Origin: an uncultured delta proteobacterium
GTDB lineage: Bacteria > Myxococcota_A > Polyangia > Fen-1088
Reading direction: 5' to 3'
Assembly: GCA_963737265.1 (NCBI GenBank)
Contig: CAVTRY010000008.1
Span: forward strand, 1,446-65,445
DNA length: 64,000 nucleotides
Below are positions 45,779-56,362 of this stretch, one piece after another. The notes below the pieces were generated by a model. The model saw only the letters and a list, made by a program, of their open reading frames with translations, ran no database searches and had not been told where the DNA came from. The position numbers were made by a program, and so were the translations under genes. Each line of letters opens with the position of its first letter. The first letter of the stretch is position 1.

Positions 45779-46891
45779 ATGGGCAAAGTCTTCATCAACG
45801 GTCGTCTCGCCGTCTGGGAAAACGGCCCCGGAATGTCCATCGCCTTCCCCGACGTGTGCCTGTGCCCGCCCGGTCCACCCGCCGGACCAGTCCCGGTTCC
45901 GCTCACCAACAACGTCACCGCCCAAGATCTCGTCAACTGCGCCGCCACCGTCTTCATCGACGGCCAGCCCGTCGCCCACCGCGATTCCTACTTCGCCAAA
46001 TCCACCGGTAACGAGGTATCCCGCAACACCGGCGGCGGCGTCACCAGCCACGCCGTGCAAGGCAAAGCCTACTTCGGCGGCTACTCACCCAACGTCCTCA
46101 TCGAAGGCAAGCCAGCCGTCCGCCACCTCGACCTCGTCACCCACAACCACCTCGACCCCATGCCCACCAACTGCCCGCCCGCTGTCTGGGTCTCCGAAGC
46201 CAGCCCCGACCTGCCGCCGCCAATCCCCAAGAACAAGACCAACGTCCTTCAGGAAGGCACGGATTGGATTGAGATATCCTTGGTGGACGAAGCCGACGAG
46301 CCCATCCCGTACACGCCGTTTCGCTTCAAGACACCAAAGCAAGCCTTGGTCGAGGGCCGTTTCCTGTGGGGCGGGAAGCTGACCATTCGCAAAATGGCCC
46401 AGGGACGGTGCGAGCTGGTTCTGCCAGAAGTCGATGCCATAGCCGACCCAGCCAATCCAAACTCGTCCGCCCGCGCCCCGGCGAACACGATTCGCTATCG
46501 TCCGGGGCAGCCGCTCTTGCTCGTGTCGGGGAAAAGCTACCGTGTGTTCGTCGCGCAAATGCGAACGCTGTTTGTCGAGCTGCCCCTTCCCCCATCGGCG
46601 TCGAAAGCCGACCGCTACACCTTGCGAAGCGATGACGGCACGTACGGCGTGTCCAAGACTGTCGCCGACGATCTGGTGAAGGAAGACGACATCCTGACCC
46701 TGGCGTTCCCGAAAGTGACCGCGGGGCCGAAGTACGCCCTGGCCCACGACGACTGCGCCGGACACTCTCACGACATCTTCGCCGGGTTGACCTTCGACGA
46801 GCTGTTCCCGAAAGAACCGTGCTCGCCTTATGACGAGCCGGTGGCGGCCACCGATCTACGATTTGGCGTTGGGCACCGCAGAAACGGATAG
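45779..46891 (+). CDS. cassette 2 protein C (PAAR-like DUF4150)
   Basis: 370 aa, a few substitutions away from C1 and C4. Same DUF4150 motifs. Confidence 0.85.
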   Translation: MGKVFINGRLAVWENGPGMSIAFPDVCLCPPGPPAGPVPVPLTNNVTAQDLVNCAATVFIDGQPVAHRDSYFAKSTGNEVSRNTGGGVTSHAVQGKAYFGGYSPNVLIEGKPAVRHLDLVTHNHLDPMPTNCPPAVWVSEASPDLPPPIPKNKTNVLQEGTDWIEISLVDEADEPIPYTPFRFKTPKQALVEGRFLWGGKLTIRKMAQGRCELVLPEVDAIADPANPNSSARAPANTIRYRPGQPLLLVSGKSYRVFVAQMRTLFVELPLPPSASKADRYTLRSDDGTYGVSKTVADDLVKEDDILTLAFPKVTAGPKYALAHDDCAGHSHDIFAGLTFDELFPKEPCSPYDEPVAATDLRFGVGHRRNG

Positions 46892-46895
46892 GACC

Positions 46896-48908
46896 ATGGC
46901 CAGGCACAAGATCGACTTCGAGGAAGAAGACCCCAAGCCCAACTGGCGCTACGAGGTCAAGCCCCGGCTCTACACGCCACCTGGCCAGAAGCCCCCGCCG
47001 CTGGCCAACAAGAACGGCCCGACACGGGCGGTGGTTCGCGTGGCGCCCGCGGATCGGCGGCTGGACAACGAGACCCCTGCCGATCCGCAGTCTCCCGACA
47101 TCACCGGTAGATACCAAAGCGATGGCGCCAAGGAGGCGTCAGGCAAGCCCGCCTTCCTTCTGCACGTGAACCAGGCCGGCAAGCACGTCGAGGCCTTGCT
47201 GGTGCGGCTGCCGCACGGACATCAGCATGGCTCGATCGCGCAGCAGCGGTTCTATGCGGATCTGAAGGGTGATGGCGTGTTCGCCGCGAGCACGCCCACC
47301 GTAGCCGAGGGAGCCACGGTCGAGGGTGTGTCCGGCGAGATTCGCCAGCAGGGCGAGGAATTGATCGTCAACCTGCCGGTCTGGGATGGCCTGGACGGGA
47401 CCACGTTTTATCTGCGCGACAAGCGCGCGACCTTTCTCGATCAATCGTTGGATTCCTTGATCGAAGCCGAAGGCGCGGTGGTGGGACAGGATCCGGAGAT
47501 CAAGGCCCTGGTCGAGAGCATCGAGAACCTGCCACTTTCGGATGCCCAACGATCTCGTCTGCGCCAGGTCTTCACACCCGAGATACTCGATCCATTGCTT
47601 AAAGATTGCTTCGGCCACGGCTCGAAAGACGACGACATCAGAAGATCCGCGGTCGTTGGCTCGGCCGAGCAGTTGGACATTTACCTTGGCAAGGCGTTCG
47701 ACCAGTCAAGCTGGTCACACCAGCAATGGCCGCAGGTGCTTCAATACGTGCGCACCGTCCTGACGATGCAAACGGTGGTCATCAACGACAGTCGACGCTC
47801 CGAATTAGATTGGATCGAGACGGTCGCCGCCGAGGCCATTCCCGATGCCGACTATTTGGTTCATCCGACGGCCACCAACCCAGACAAGGGCCAACCAACC
47901 GAGTTTCCCAACTTGACTCGGCTTCTTGGGATCACGGAGCAACACGGGAGCGGCGCCGTTCACAAGTACCTGGTGGATGTCGATTTGACGGCACACGACA
48001 CCTCGCCCAAGAAATTCGGTCTGGCGCCGTTTCACTTGCGGGCATACGAAGGAACAGTCACCGTGTCAAAGATGGATTCGACAGGCCGAAAGGATTGGGT
48101 GCATCCCTACAAGATGGCGCTCGTTGGTCCGGCTGTCATCCTGGGTAAGGGTGGCGCGGAAGACGTCAAGGCAAGGGGCTCATTCGAGTCGAGCACCAAC
48201 TGGACACCCGCCGACTTTCCAGGGTGGGTGATTCTCCACGATGCTGGTGTATGGGCGGGAAATAGGCTTCCAGTAACGAAGGAACTCGTTGCTGTGGGCC
48301 ATCGCGAGCCTGTCCTTGTCCTAAGAGGTCGGGGCAACCATCGTGAGCAACTGTTCCCGCTCAAAGGCGCTGATGCGCTCCGGGAGGGGCTCGGTGGTGA
48401 GTACTCGTTCACGTGGGGAAGAATCTACGACCTGGACACGGACCTGTCCGAAATCGACTACAGCCGCCCGATGAAGCACTCGGAACGAGTGGTGACGACG
48501 CGAACAGGGGACAACGTGCACTTCGAGTTCGGGAGCGCTTTGCTGAAGGGCGCCGGGCGATATCAGGTGCGGGTATTGTGCGCGATTTGGTTGCGCTGGT
48601 TGGAATCCGCGAGAAGCACCCTTCGCATCGTTGGCCACGCCGACACGGTGGATACGAAACGGCGCAACGACGAGCTTTCTCTCATGCGCGCCACGAATGT
48701 CGTCCGGGCGATCGAGGGCATTCTTGGCCCCAAGCTCGCAATTCCGGATATCAAGCCCCTGGGGCTAGGGAAACAAGAAGCCGACGAGGACAAAGCAGCC
48801 AGGGAAAGGGCAGTCGGGCACCGGCTTCGGGATACGCCCGACGTTCGATTCCGAAAAGTCGAGATCGAGCTGAATGGGCAATGCGTGCTGGTGTTGTGGG
48901 GAGCTTGA
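46896..48908 (+). CDS. cassette 2 protein D (OmpA-like C-terminus, candidate effector)
   Basis: 670 aa. The first ~340 aa are essentially identical to D1, the patch at about aa 345-480 is diverged, and the OmpA-like C-terminus is conserved. Confidence 0.65.
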   Translation: MARHKIDFEEEDPKPNWRYEVKPRLYTPPGQKPPPLANKNGPTRAVVRVAPADRRLDNETPADPQSPDITGRYQSDGAKEASGKPAFLLHVNQAGKHVEALLVRLPHGHQHGSIAQQRFYADLKGDGVFAASTPTVAEGATVEGVSGEIRQQGEELIVNLPVWDGLDGTTFYLRDKRATFLDQSLDSLIEAEGAVVGQDPEIKALVESIENLPLSDAQRSRLRQVFTPEILDPLLKDCFGHGSKDDDIRRSAVVGSAEQLDIYLGKAFDQSSWSHQQWPQVLQYVRTVLTMQTVVINDSRRSELDWIETVAAEAIPDADYLVHPTATNPDKGQPTEFPNLTRLLGITEQHGSGAVHKYLVDVDLTAHDTSPKKFGLAPFHLRAYEGTVTVSKMDSTGRKDWVHPYKMALVGPAVILGKGGAEDVKARGSFESSTNWTPADFPGWVILHDAGVWAGNRLPVTKELVAVGHREPVLVLRGRGNHREQLFPLKGADALREGLGGEYSFTWGRIYDLDTDLSEIDYSRPMKHSERVVTTRTGDNVHFEFGSALLKGAGRYQVRVLCAIWLRWLESARSTLRIVGHADTVDTKRRNDELSLMRATNVVRAIEGILGPKLAIPDIKPLGLGKQEADEDKAARERAVGHRLRDTPDVRFRKVEIELNGQCVLVLWGA

Positions 48909-49486
48909 TGCGTGGAAGGAACGCGTGTCTCATCGTCGGGCTCGCCTTCAGTTCAGCGAGTGGTTGCCACAAGAAGACGCCAGCAGGAATTTCCTTCGCC
49001 TATGTCGACGCCGTCTCCGCGTTGGCCGATCAGACGGCAAAATACTGCGATCATCTTTTGCGCGAGAGTGCTTGCTACAGCGCCTTGAGCATAAATCCCG
49101 ACAATGAACACCGACTGGCCGTTCCTTTGCCTGACAATCCGCTGGGTGGCATCCCCGAGCTGCGCCAACTGAAAGCAAAATGCGATTCCGCCGACGAGCA
49201 CAACAACCACCAACTCTGGTGCGACGCCAAGAGCGTAGTCAAAACCCGACTTCCAAGAGAATGTGAAATGTTTAGCCTCTTCGGCTCTTGGCCAGTGGTC
49301 AACCGGCTAGAGAAGGAAGGCGTCACCGTGTCAGTGGTGGACGACCCGGCATGCAAGGCTCCGTGGGTCGAGGTTGCGGCGGTCCGAAAAACGCCCGGCG
49401 GAGACTGGTTCTCGCTCAACGCCTACTTCCTACCGAAAAAGTGGCTCGATGAGCATCCAGAGGACGCCAAGGATGCAAAGAAGTAG
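48908..49486 (+). CDS. cassette 2 protein E (small lipoprotein, candidate immunity)
   Basis: Lipobox GLAFSSASGC. TGATG overlap with D2. About half of its residues are identical to E1, and the last ~45 aa are identical. Confidence 0.6.
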   Translation: MRGRNACLIVGLAFSSASGCHKKTPAGISFAYVDAVSALADQTAKYCDHLLRESACYSALSINPDNEHRLAVPLPDNPLGGIPELRQLKAKCDSADEHNNHQLWCDAKSVVKTRLPRECEMFSLFGSWPVVNRLEKEGVTVSVVDDPACKAPWVEVAAVRKTPGGDWFSLNAYFLPKKWLDEHPEDAKDAKK

Positions 49487-49556
49487 AGGCACCCGAACGG
49501 GCTCGGCGCGAAGAGCGGCCTTTTTCGCCGGGGTACCCCTTCGCGATGCTGGAAAT

Positions 49557-49680
49557 GCTTACCCGACGGCCGGGCAAGGTCTGCGCGCGAGCGGGTCTGC
49601 TCATCCTACGGCCGGGTAAGCTCCGCAGCCCAGCGGATCTGATCTCCGGGCGGCCGGGTAACCTTTTCCGCCCACGGCGG
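49557..49680. repeat. 42-bp tandem repeat (~2.5 copies)
   Basis: TTACCCGACGGCCGGGCAAGGTCTGCGCGCGAGCGGGTCTGC / TCATCCTACGGCCGGGTAAGCTCCGCAGCCCAGCGGATCTGA / TCTCCGGGCGGCCGGGTAACC.. Confidence 0.75.
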
Positions 49681-49871
49681 GTGCGTCTTGGGCCGCCGGT
49701 CAAGCGCTCGGCGTCACGGGTTGGTTCGAGCGAGCGAGTGCGTGCCTATCTCCCGCGTCGGGGTTAGCATGTCGCGGCTAAGATATACGTGAACCCGCGG
49801 CCCGCGCGCCGAGGCGGGCTTCGCTTTCAGCCACCGACCAAATCGACCAACATCCCACAGCGCCGACCACC

Positions 49872-50780
49872 ATGAGACTACCCGCAGCCTTGCTCTTTCT
49901 CCTCGCCAGTCATCCCGGTCATCCCGCCAACGCCGGCGTGCCCAACACCGTGGCCATCGCGGTGGACACCATCGGCCTCGGCCAGAAAATCACGGCGCCG
50001 GTGCGGGGTGGCATCGCGGCCCAGGTCCTGGATGGTCTCCGCGCTGCCAACATCGATTTCATCCCCACCGAGGAAACGAAGATCGTTGCGCGGATAGTGG
50101 ATTGCGCTGGACTCGAGTGCCTTCGCAATATCGCCAAGTCCGAGAACCTGGATTGGGTGGTGCAGGTTCGGGTGCGGGCCAGGGAAGCAACCAAGAAGGG
50201 CAAGTCTGACTACGTGGTCTCGATTACCGTGGTCCGCGATGCGCCCGATCGCGGTGCATGGCACGAGGAAGCCGACTGCCCCGGTTGCGAGGGCGGCGAG
50301 ATCGAGCACATGGCTTCACTGATGGCGGGGGAGATCGCTGGACACATTAAGGTCGATGCTCCGCCAGCCAGCACCGCGCCCGCGCCGGCAAAGGCGCCTT
50401 CCGTGGTGGCAACGCAGCCGGCACCGTTGCAAGCACCGCCGCCGCCAGCGACCTTCGTAAAGCCACCGCTACCAGCGCCGGAGCCTGCCTGGTACGTGCC
50501 GCGGTATTGGTCGGTGGGTACGCTCGCGGGCGGGGCGGTGTTGGCGGGGGCGGGTGTTTATCTGCTGCACATCGACGGGCGAGGCACCTGCGACTTGGCC
50601 GCGCCGAACCAACAATGCGCGGAGAGGTACAAGACGCAGGGCCTTGGCATCGGCATGGTGGCCGGTGGTGGTTTGGCATTGCTCGGCGGACTTGCGGGGC
50701 TGACCCTTTTCGCACCTCCCGCGGGCAGCACGGGCATTGGATTCGATGGCTCTTCAATCTCGATCTCGGGGGAATTCTGA
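49872..50780 (+). CDS. cassette 3 protein A
   Basis: 302 aa, near-identical to A2 and A4. Confidence 0.7.
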   Translation: MRLPAALLFLLASHPGHPANAGVPNTVAIAVDTIGLGQKITAPVRGGIAAQVLDGLRAANIDFIPTEETKIVARIVDCAGLECLRNIAKSENLDWVVQVRVRAREATKKGKSDYVVSITVVRDAPDRGAWHEEADCPGCEGGEIEHMASLMAGEIAGHIKVDAPPASTAPAPAKAPSVVATQPAPLQAPPPPATFVKPPLPAPEPAWYVPRYWSVGTLAGGAVLAGAGVYLLHIDGRGTCDLAAPNQQCAERYKTQGLGIGMVAGGGLALLGGLAGLTLFAPPAGSTGIGFDGSSISISGEF

Positions 50781-52807
50781 TGTGGTCACAAAGCGCAACA
50801 CGCGGACTTCTTCTGGTGGCAATGCTGACAGCGGGTTGCACGGAGCGGAATCCCGACTACTGCGCCAAGAACAGCGATTGCAGCGGTCATCGCATCTGCG
50901 ATGTCGTTCGAGCAACCTGCGTGTCGCCCGACGCCGCCGTCACGCCGGTGGTCGACGCGGGCGTCGCCGACGTGGCCGCGGATACTGCCGTGGACTCGCC
51001 GGTGGTGGTCGACGGCGGCGGATTTCCTGTCGACGGCGGCGGATCTCCTGTCGACGCATCCACCGTGGAGGTCGCGCAGACCAGCGAGGCTGGGCGCCCA
51101 GTCGATGGTCGCGTGGCCGATGCTGCCCTGCCGGATGTCTACGTTCCGGATGGGCCGGGAACCTGCGGGGTGAACGGCGACTGCGCCGATCCGACGAAGG
51201 CGTTTTGCGTGGCGGGCGTGTGCGTGGGATGCCAGGGCGCGGGCGCGACTGCGTGCGGGGCGCAGGCGTGCGATACGGTTTCGGGGAAATGCGTGGAATG
51301 CGTCGCCGATACTGGCTGCACGAAAGATCCGGCAAAGGGTTTCTGCGTGCTGAATGCTTGCACGGCTTGCAGTACCACGGGGGCGACTGGCTGTGCCGCG
51401 CGCGCGGATGGGAAGACGGCTTGCGCACCTAGCGGAACGTTAGCCGGTCAGTGCGTGGAATGCATCGCGGATGCCGGCTGCACGAAAGACCCGACGAAGG
51501 CCTTCTGCGTGGCGAACGCCTGCACGGGCTGCGGCGCCAGCGGGGCGACCGGCTGTGCCGCGCGCACGGATGGGAAGACGTCCTGTGCGGCTAGCGGAGC
51601 CTCCGCCGGCCAGTGCGTGGAGTGTCTCGCCGACACGGGCTGCACGAAAGATCCGGCGAAAGGCTTCTGCGTGGCCAACGCCTGCACCGGCTGCAACACG
51701 CCCGGCGCGACGGGCTGTACCAGGCGAACCGACGGCAAGCTTGTCTGCGCGCCCAGCGGAACGGCGGCCGGGCAGTGCGTGGAATGTACCGGGGACAGCC
51801 AATGTACCTCCAATGTGGCCAAGGGCTTCTGCGTGGCGAACGCCTGCACGGGTTGCAACACCCCAGGCGCGACAGGCTGTGCGGCGCGGACCGATGGCAA
51901 GGCCGTCTGTGCCGCCGCCGGGACCCTTGCCGGGCAATGCGTGGCCTGCGCATCCAGCGGCGATTGCAAGGTCGCGACGAGCCCAATCTGCACTGCCGTC
52001 AACGTCTGCGTCGCCTGCACGGCGGACAGCCAGTGCGTGGCAAAGCTCGGCGCGACAGGAAACCCGGGCGTGTGCATGAGCAACCTCGACGGCCATTGCG
52101 CGACCGATGCGGAGACGGTCTACGTGCAGAACGTGACGGCGTGTTCGAATAATATCGCGACCGGCGGAACGTCGGCGGTGCCCTACTGCGATACCGCGTT
52201 CGGTGTGAACGCGGCGGCGAGCACCAACGGAAAGATCCTGACCGTGCTGGCCGGGGCCTTGAGCAGTTTCTCGGTATCGGTTTCGGCCAAGCCGCTCACC
52301 ATCGTCGGAAAGGCCGCGACGATAACCCCCATTGGATTCAACGACGGCATCGACGTCACGGCCGGCGAGGTGTACCTGCGTGGCATCACGGTCCAAGGAA
52401 GCCTGAGCGCGCAAACCAAGATCGGCATCAACGCCGGCGCCAGCGTCACCCTGCACATGGATACCTGCTCCATCGTCGGCAACCCCGGCGGCGGCATCCT
52501 GCTGAACGGCGCCGCCTTCGACATCGAGAACACGACCATCACAGGGAATGGGCCGGGAACGTTGGGACTCGCTAGCTGGGGTGGAATCGCAGTCAATAAC
52601 CCACCCGCCAGCGGCCCGACGACGCTCAACCTGGTGACGGTTCAGAACAACAAGCAGGTGGGGCTGGCCTGCTCCGCCGCCGTCTCCGGCACCGGTGTGC
52701 TTGCTACCGGGAACGCAGGTGGCGTGGACATCGGCGCCTCCTGCGGCTTCACCTCCTGCTCTACCTCCGCCGCCAGTGCTACCTGCGGAGCACAGGGCAC
52801 CCCGTAA
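50780..52807 (+). CDS. cassette 3 protein B (Cys-rich repeat / beta-helix lipoprotein)
   Basis: 675 aa with the same lipobox and repeat architecture. TGATG overlap with A3. Confidence 0.75.
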   Translation: MWSQSATRGLLLVAMLTAGCTERNPDYCAKNSDCSGHRICDVVRATCVSPDAAVTPVVDAGVADVAADTAVDSPVVVDGGGFPVDGGGSPVDASTVEVAQTSEAGRPVDGRVADAALPDVYVPDGPGTCGVNGDCADPTKAFCVAGVCVGCQGAGATACGAQACDTVSGKCVECVADTGCTKDPAKGFCVLNACTACSTTGATGCAARADGKTACAPSGTLAGQCVECIADAGCTKDPTKAFCVANACTGCGASGATGCAARTDGKTSCAASGASAGQCVECLADTGCTKDPAKGFCVANACTGCNTPGATGCTRRTDGKLVCAPSGTAAGQCVECTGDSQCTSNVAKGFCVANACTGCNTPGATGCAARTDGKAVCAAAGTLAGQCVACASSGDCKVATSPICTAVNVCVACTADSQCVAKLGATGNPGVCMSNLDGHCATDAETVYVQNVTACSNNIATGGTSAVPYCDTAFGVNAAASTNGKILTVLAGALSSFSVSVSAKPLTIVGKAATITPIGFNDGIDVTAGEVYLRGITVQGSLSAQTKIGINAGASVTLHMDTCSIVGNPGGGILLNGAAFDIENTTITGNGPGTLGLASWGGIAVNNPPASGPTTLNLVTVQNNKQVGLACSAAVSGTGVLATGNAGGVDIGASCGFTSCSTSAASATCGAQGTP

Positions 52808-52829
52808 TCTTCAAGCAAACGGGATCCCC

Positions 52830-54047
52830 ATGGGCAAAGTCTTCATCAACGGTCGTCTCGCCGTCTGGGAAAACGGCCCCGGCATCTCCATCGCCTTCCC
52901 CGACGTGTGCCTGTGCCCGCCCGGTCCGCCCGCGGGTCCCGTCCCCGTGCCGCTCACCAACACCGTCACCGCCCAAGATCTCGTCAACTGCGCCGCCACC
53001 GTCTTCATCGACGGCCAGCCCGTCGCCCACCGCGATTCCTACTTCGCCAAATCCACCGGTAACGAGGTATCCCGCAACACCGGCGGCGGCGTCACCAGCC
53101 ACGCCGTGCAAGGCAAAGCCTACTTCGGCGGCTACTCACCCAACGTCCTCATCGAAGGCAAGCCAGCCGTCCGCCACCTCGACCTCGTGACCCACAACCA
53201 CCTCGACCCCATGCCCACCAACTGCCCGCCCGCCGTCTGGGTCTCCGAAGCCAGCCCCGACCTGCCGCCGGTGCAGCCGAGGAGGTACACGAAGGTACTG
53301 CACGAGGGCAAGGAATGGGTCGAGATCGACATGGTGGATCTCGAAGGCGAAGCCGTCGCCTACGAGAACTACAGTGCGAAGACCCCCACCGGCGAAAAGA
53401 TCGAAGGCCGCAGCCTTCTCGCCGGAATCGTCACGTTCAAAGGGCTCGCCAAGGGCGACTGCCGGATCGTCTTTCCCAGTATCGACGCCAACCCGTTTTC
53501 GCCGGGCCGCAAGCCAGCCGACAAGATCGACCCCGGCACGTCCAGCCGGGGCGAGCGCTCGAAGGCGGACAAGATCTACATCGCCGGCAAAACCCTCGCG
53601 CTGGCCACCGGAAGGAAGTACCGGGTCGAGCTTCCCCGCCGGCCGAGCTTTTGGCTTGAGCTGACCATCGAGCACCGCAATGCCGAGCCACAAGGCTGCG
53701 CGTACGTCCTGCGCAGCACCGACGGAACCTACCAAGCGGAGCGGACGTTGGCGGACGACCTATCTCGCAGCGCCGGCTCCCTCGTTTTGCAATTCGCGGA
53801 TCTGCTGGCGGACAAGGCGTACACGCTGATTCACAAGTTGGGCAGGGATGCCGGAACGCGTGTGCTCTTCCACGACATGCCCTACGAGCGCCTGCGCGGG
53901 CACGCGTGGAACGCCTACGAGGCGCAGCCCGACGGCGAGTCCCCCATCGAGGATGTGACGGCCGACTTGCACCGGCTGCTGCATGCCCGCGAGCTCGGCG
54001 ACGACCCCGACGAAGAGACATTGCCGGGTTTCGCGGGGCCGGCATGA
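52830..54047 (+). CDS. cassette 3 protein C': PAAR-like DUF4150 with a divergent C-terminal extension
   Basis: The N-terminal ~150 aa are identical in type to C1, C2 and C4. From ..SPDLPP|VQPRRYTKVLHEGKEWVEIDMVDLEGE.. (about nt 53271) the sequence is a distant variant. 405 aa. Confidence 0.8.
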   Translation: MGKVFINGRLAVWENGPGISIAFPDVCLCPPGPPAGPVPVPLTNTVTAQDLVNCAATVFIDGQPVAHRDSYFAKSTGNEVSRNTGGGVTSHAVQGKAYFGGYSPNVLIEGKPAVRHLDLVTHNHLDPMPTNCPPAVWVSEASPDLPPVQPRRYTKVLHEGKEWVEIDMVDLEGEAVAYENYSAKTPTGEKIEGRSLLAGIVTFKGLAKGDCRIVFPSIDANPFSPGRKPADKIDPGTSSRGERSKADKIYIAGKTLALATGRKYRVELPRRPSFWLELTIEHRNAEPQGCAYVLRSTDGTYQAERTLADDLSRSAGSLVLQFADLLADKAYTLIHKLGRDAGTRVLFHDMPYERLRGHAWNAYEAQPDGESPIEDVTADLHRLLHARELGDDPDEETLPGFAGPA

Positions 54048-56362
54048 GCCCGATTCCAGCCCGTGCCGAGGTTGGCATCAACTTCGTGCGGTGGGATGCG
54101 CGCTTCCTCTTCTATCGCGATCTGCCGCGACCAGCGGGTAGCCCCGGCGACAGGGTGACCACGCCGGTCAAGAACTGCTGGCTCTACATCTTCGACCCAT
54201 TCGGACCATTGCTGTTCGAGGTCTATGCCGATGCCGATGGCCTGTATCACGAGGTCGATACGACGAAGCACGCCGGCAAGGACATCAGACCGTTCGCGCT
54301 GGAAGGCCAGGCGGTGCGCCCCACCCTGCCGCTGCTGGCTGGCCAGCGGACGTCCAAGGGGACGATCCCCATCTTCCACTGGATCTTGCCGTCGCCGTTT
54401 CAATTGCCGTGGTCACGCTTCCCGCACCTCACGCACCTGGAAACAAACAACGACGGCCCGCGTGGCGATTTCAGAAAATGGGCCGAGGGCACCCGCCAGC
54501 TATCTCACTTCGTGCCGAGGTTTCAAGAAGACACAGGGAACCCGTTGCCCGAAACGGCGGTTCCTTCCCCGTGGCTGCATGCCCAGGCCCTCGGCCGATG
54601 CTTCCAAATCGCGCAAGAGCGGTGGCTGTCGGGCTTTCTCGACGACACCGCCCGCATGGAACGCAAGACCCTGCGCTCGTACGTGCGATCCATCGAATCG
54701 ATCGTGGGCAAAGAGCGCTTCGAGCGCGACATGCTGGATCTCATCGACAAGCTCGCCTTCGAGACCGAGGAGAGGCACGACAAGGAGCAAGAGGAGTTTC
54801 CGCCTACCGAGCTGGTCGGGGCGCGCACCGCGCTGATCGGCTACCTGAAAAGCCCACGCTATCTGGCCATGCGCGACGATGCCCTGGCGTCGCCCGACCC
54901 GCGCGCCCTGGCGACTTTCGCCGAGATCCAGGCCACGGCGGAATCGGGCCTGGAAGGCGTGGCCGGCGATCCTGCTTACCGCGCGTCCGTGTTGCGCGAC
55001 AACCCCAAGCTTTTCAAGAAAGAGGCCGAGGAGGTATCGACCGAGGTTAAGTCCTTCATCGAGGCCCACCCGGAAGCCATGTACGACCAGCCCGCGAGCC
55101 TCGGCTGGAAGGAACAGCGCAAGGCCCTCAAATCGTACTGGTACCTGGTCAAGGCGTATATCGCACAGATCGAATGGATCGCGCCGCGCAGGTTGACGAG
55201 GGATCTCAAGACCTTTGGCCGCGAGCTGTTTGGCGTGCTGGTGGAGTTCGATTTGGCCGAAGGGACGGCGGCTCGGCGGATGCCCGACGGAACCATCAAG
55301 TGGCCACGCCTCGTGGTCAGCCCACAGACCAAGGCCCGTCTGTCCGATAGGTATTCGAACAACCTGGAATGGAACACCTTCTTCGTCGTGCTCGATGCCT
55401 ACAACCTCATCATGGCCTGCCAGGAACAAGCCAAAGGCAAGACCGACATGAAGACCGTGGTGAGCGCCATGGGCGCTTTCCTGAACACCGTGGCCGCCGC
55501 CGTCGAGGCGACATTACAGCGGCAAGGAGCGAAGCACCTGATCGTCACCGACAAGATGATCGCCGAGCTGGCCGAGGGCGCGGGCAAAACCAGCGCGAGG
55601 AAAGGATCGGGAAGCTTCGCGGTCACGCTGCGGAAGTTTAACCAGCCGAAGACGATTGGAGCGATGGGGAAGTTGTTGGGGGCACTGGGGTCTGCCTTCG
55701 AGGCTTGGAGCCAAATTCAGCAGGCGAAAGGGGCGGATTCCGAATTGGACCCAGATGTGGCCCTGGCACATCGAGTTTCGGCAGGGGCGAATATTGCAGT
55801 GACAGCAGGCTATTTCATCGGATTTTTCGGGACCGTGTGTGGAATCGCGGTAGGTACAGCCGTCGCCTGGCCGCTGGCCTTGGTGGCAATTGGCTCGTGG
55901 CTGGTTCTCGGCGGGACGGTCACGGATTTGGGGGCAAAGCTGGTCTTGCTGCATCTGAAGAAGGATCCGCTGGAGAATTGGTTGAAGGTCACGCCATGGG
56001 CGCGTGGGGCAAGATTCCGGATTGAAAGCTTCGACGAACAGGTTAAGGCCTTTCATAGGGCGCTGGTAGGACTGCATGTGAACATCCGCCCCGGCCTCAC
56101 CGGCTTCGACGTGACAGTCGAATCACGAGTTGTCCAGTCCCCCGCCCAGGTCTATCTCGAGCTCGAATGGCTGGGCGAAGCCGGTCCTGAGCCGTTGAAG
56201 AACGCTATGGCACCCATGACAGCAGCGGAATACCTGAGTCCAAGCCAATTCAGACATACCGAGTTCGCTTCGCCCGTGAGGACCGTGACAGCCCGCGTGC
56301 GCCTGCTCCTGGATGGCGAGTGGTATCCGGAGGAGCCGGCGGTGTTCAACTACCCGGAGTAG
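54044..56362 (+). CDS. cassette 3 protein D': unrelated large protein with C-terminal Gly/Ala-rich TM helix cluster (candidate membrane-active toxin, possibly VasX-like)
   Basis: 772 aa with an ATGA overlap with C'. N-terminal ..NCWLYIFDPFGPLLFEVYADADGLYHEV... C-terminal hydrophobic cluster ..ANIAVTAGYFIGFFGTVCGIAVGTAVAWPLALVAIGSWLVLGG... No OmpA-like domain. Confidence 0.5.
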   Translation: MSPIPARAEVGINFVRWDARFLFYRDLPRPAGSPGDRVTTPVKNCWLYIFDPFGPLLFEVYADADGLYHEVDTTKHAGKDIRPFALEGQAVRPTLPLLAGQRTSKGTIPIFHWILPSPFQLPWSRFPHLTHLETNNDGPRGDFRKWAEGTRQLSHFVPRFQEDTGNPLPETAVPSPWLHAQALGRCFQIAQERWLSGFLDDTARMERKTLRSYVRSIESIVGKERFERDMLDLIDKLAFETEERHDKEQEEFPPTELVGARTALIGYLKSPRYLAMRDDALASPDPRALATFAEIQATAESGLEGVAGDPAYRASVLRDNPKLFKKEAEEVSTEVKSFIEAHPEAMYDQPASLGWKEQRKALKSYWYLVKAYIAQIEWIAPRRLTRDLKTFGRELFGVLVEFDLAEGTAARRMPDGTIKWPRLVVSPQTKARLSDRYSNNLEWNTFFVVLDAYNLIMACQEQAKGKTDMKTVVSAMGAFLNTVAAAVEATLQRQGAKHLIVTDKMIAELAEGAGKTSARKGSGSFAVTLRKFNQPKTIGAMGKLLGALGSAFEAWSQIQQAKGADSELDPDVALAHRVSAGANIAVTAGYFIGFFGTVCGIAVGTAVAWPLALVAIGSWLVLGGTVTDLGAKLVLLHLKKDPLENWLKVTPWARGARFRIESFDEQVKAFHRALVGLHVNIRPGLTGFDVTVESRVVQSPAQVYLELEWLGEAGPEPLKNAMAPMTAAEYLSPSQFRHTEFASPVRTVTARVRLLLDGEWYPEEPAVFNYPE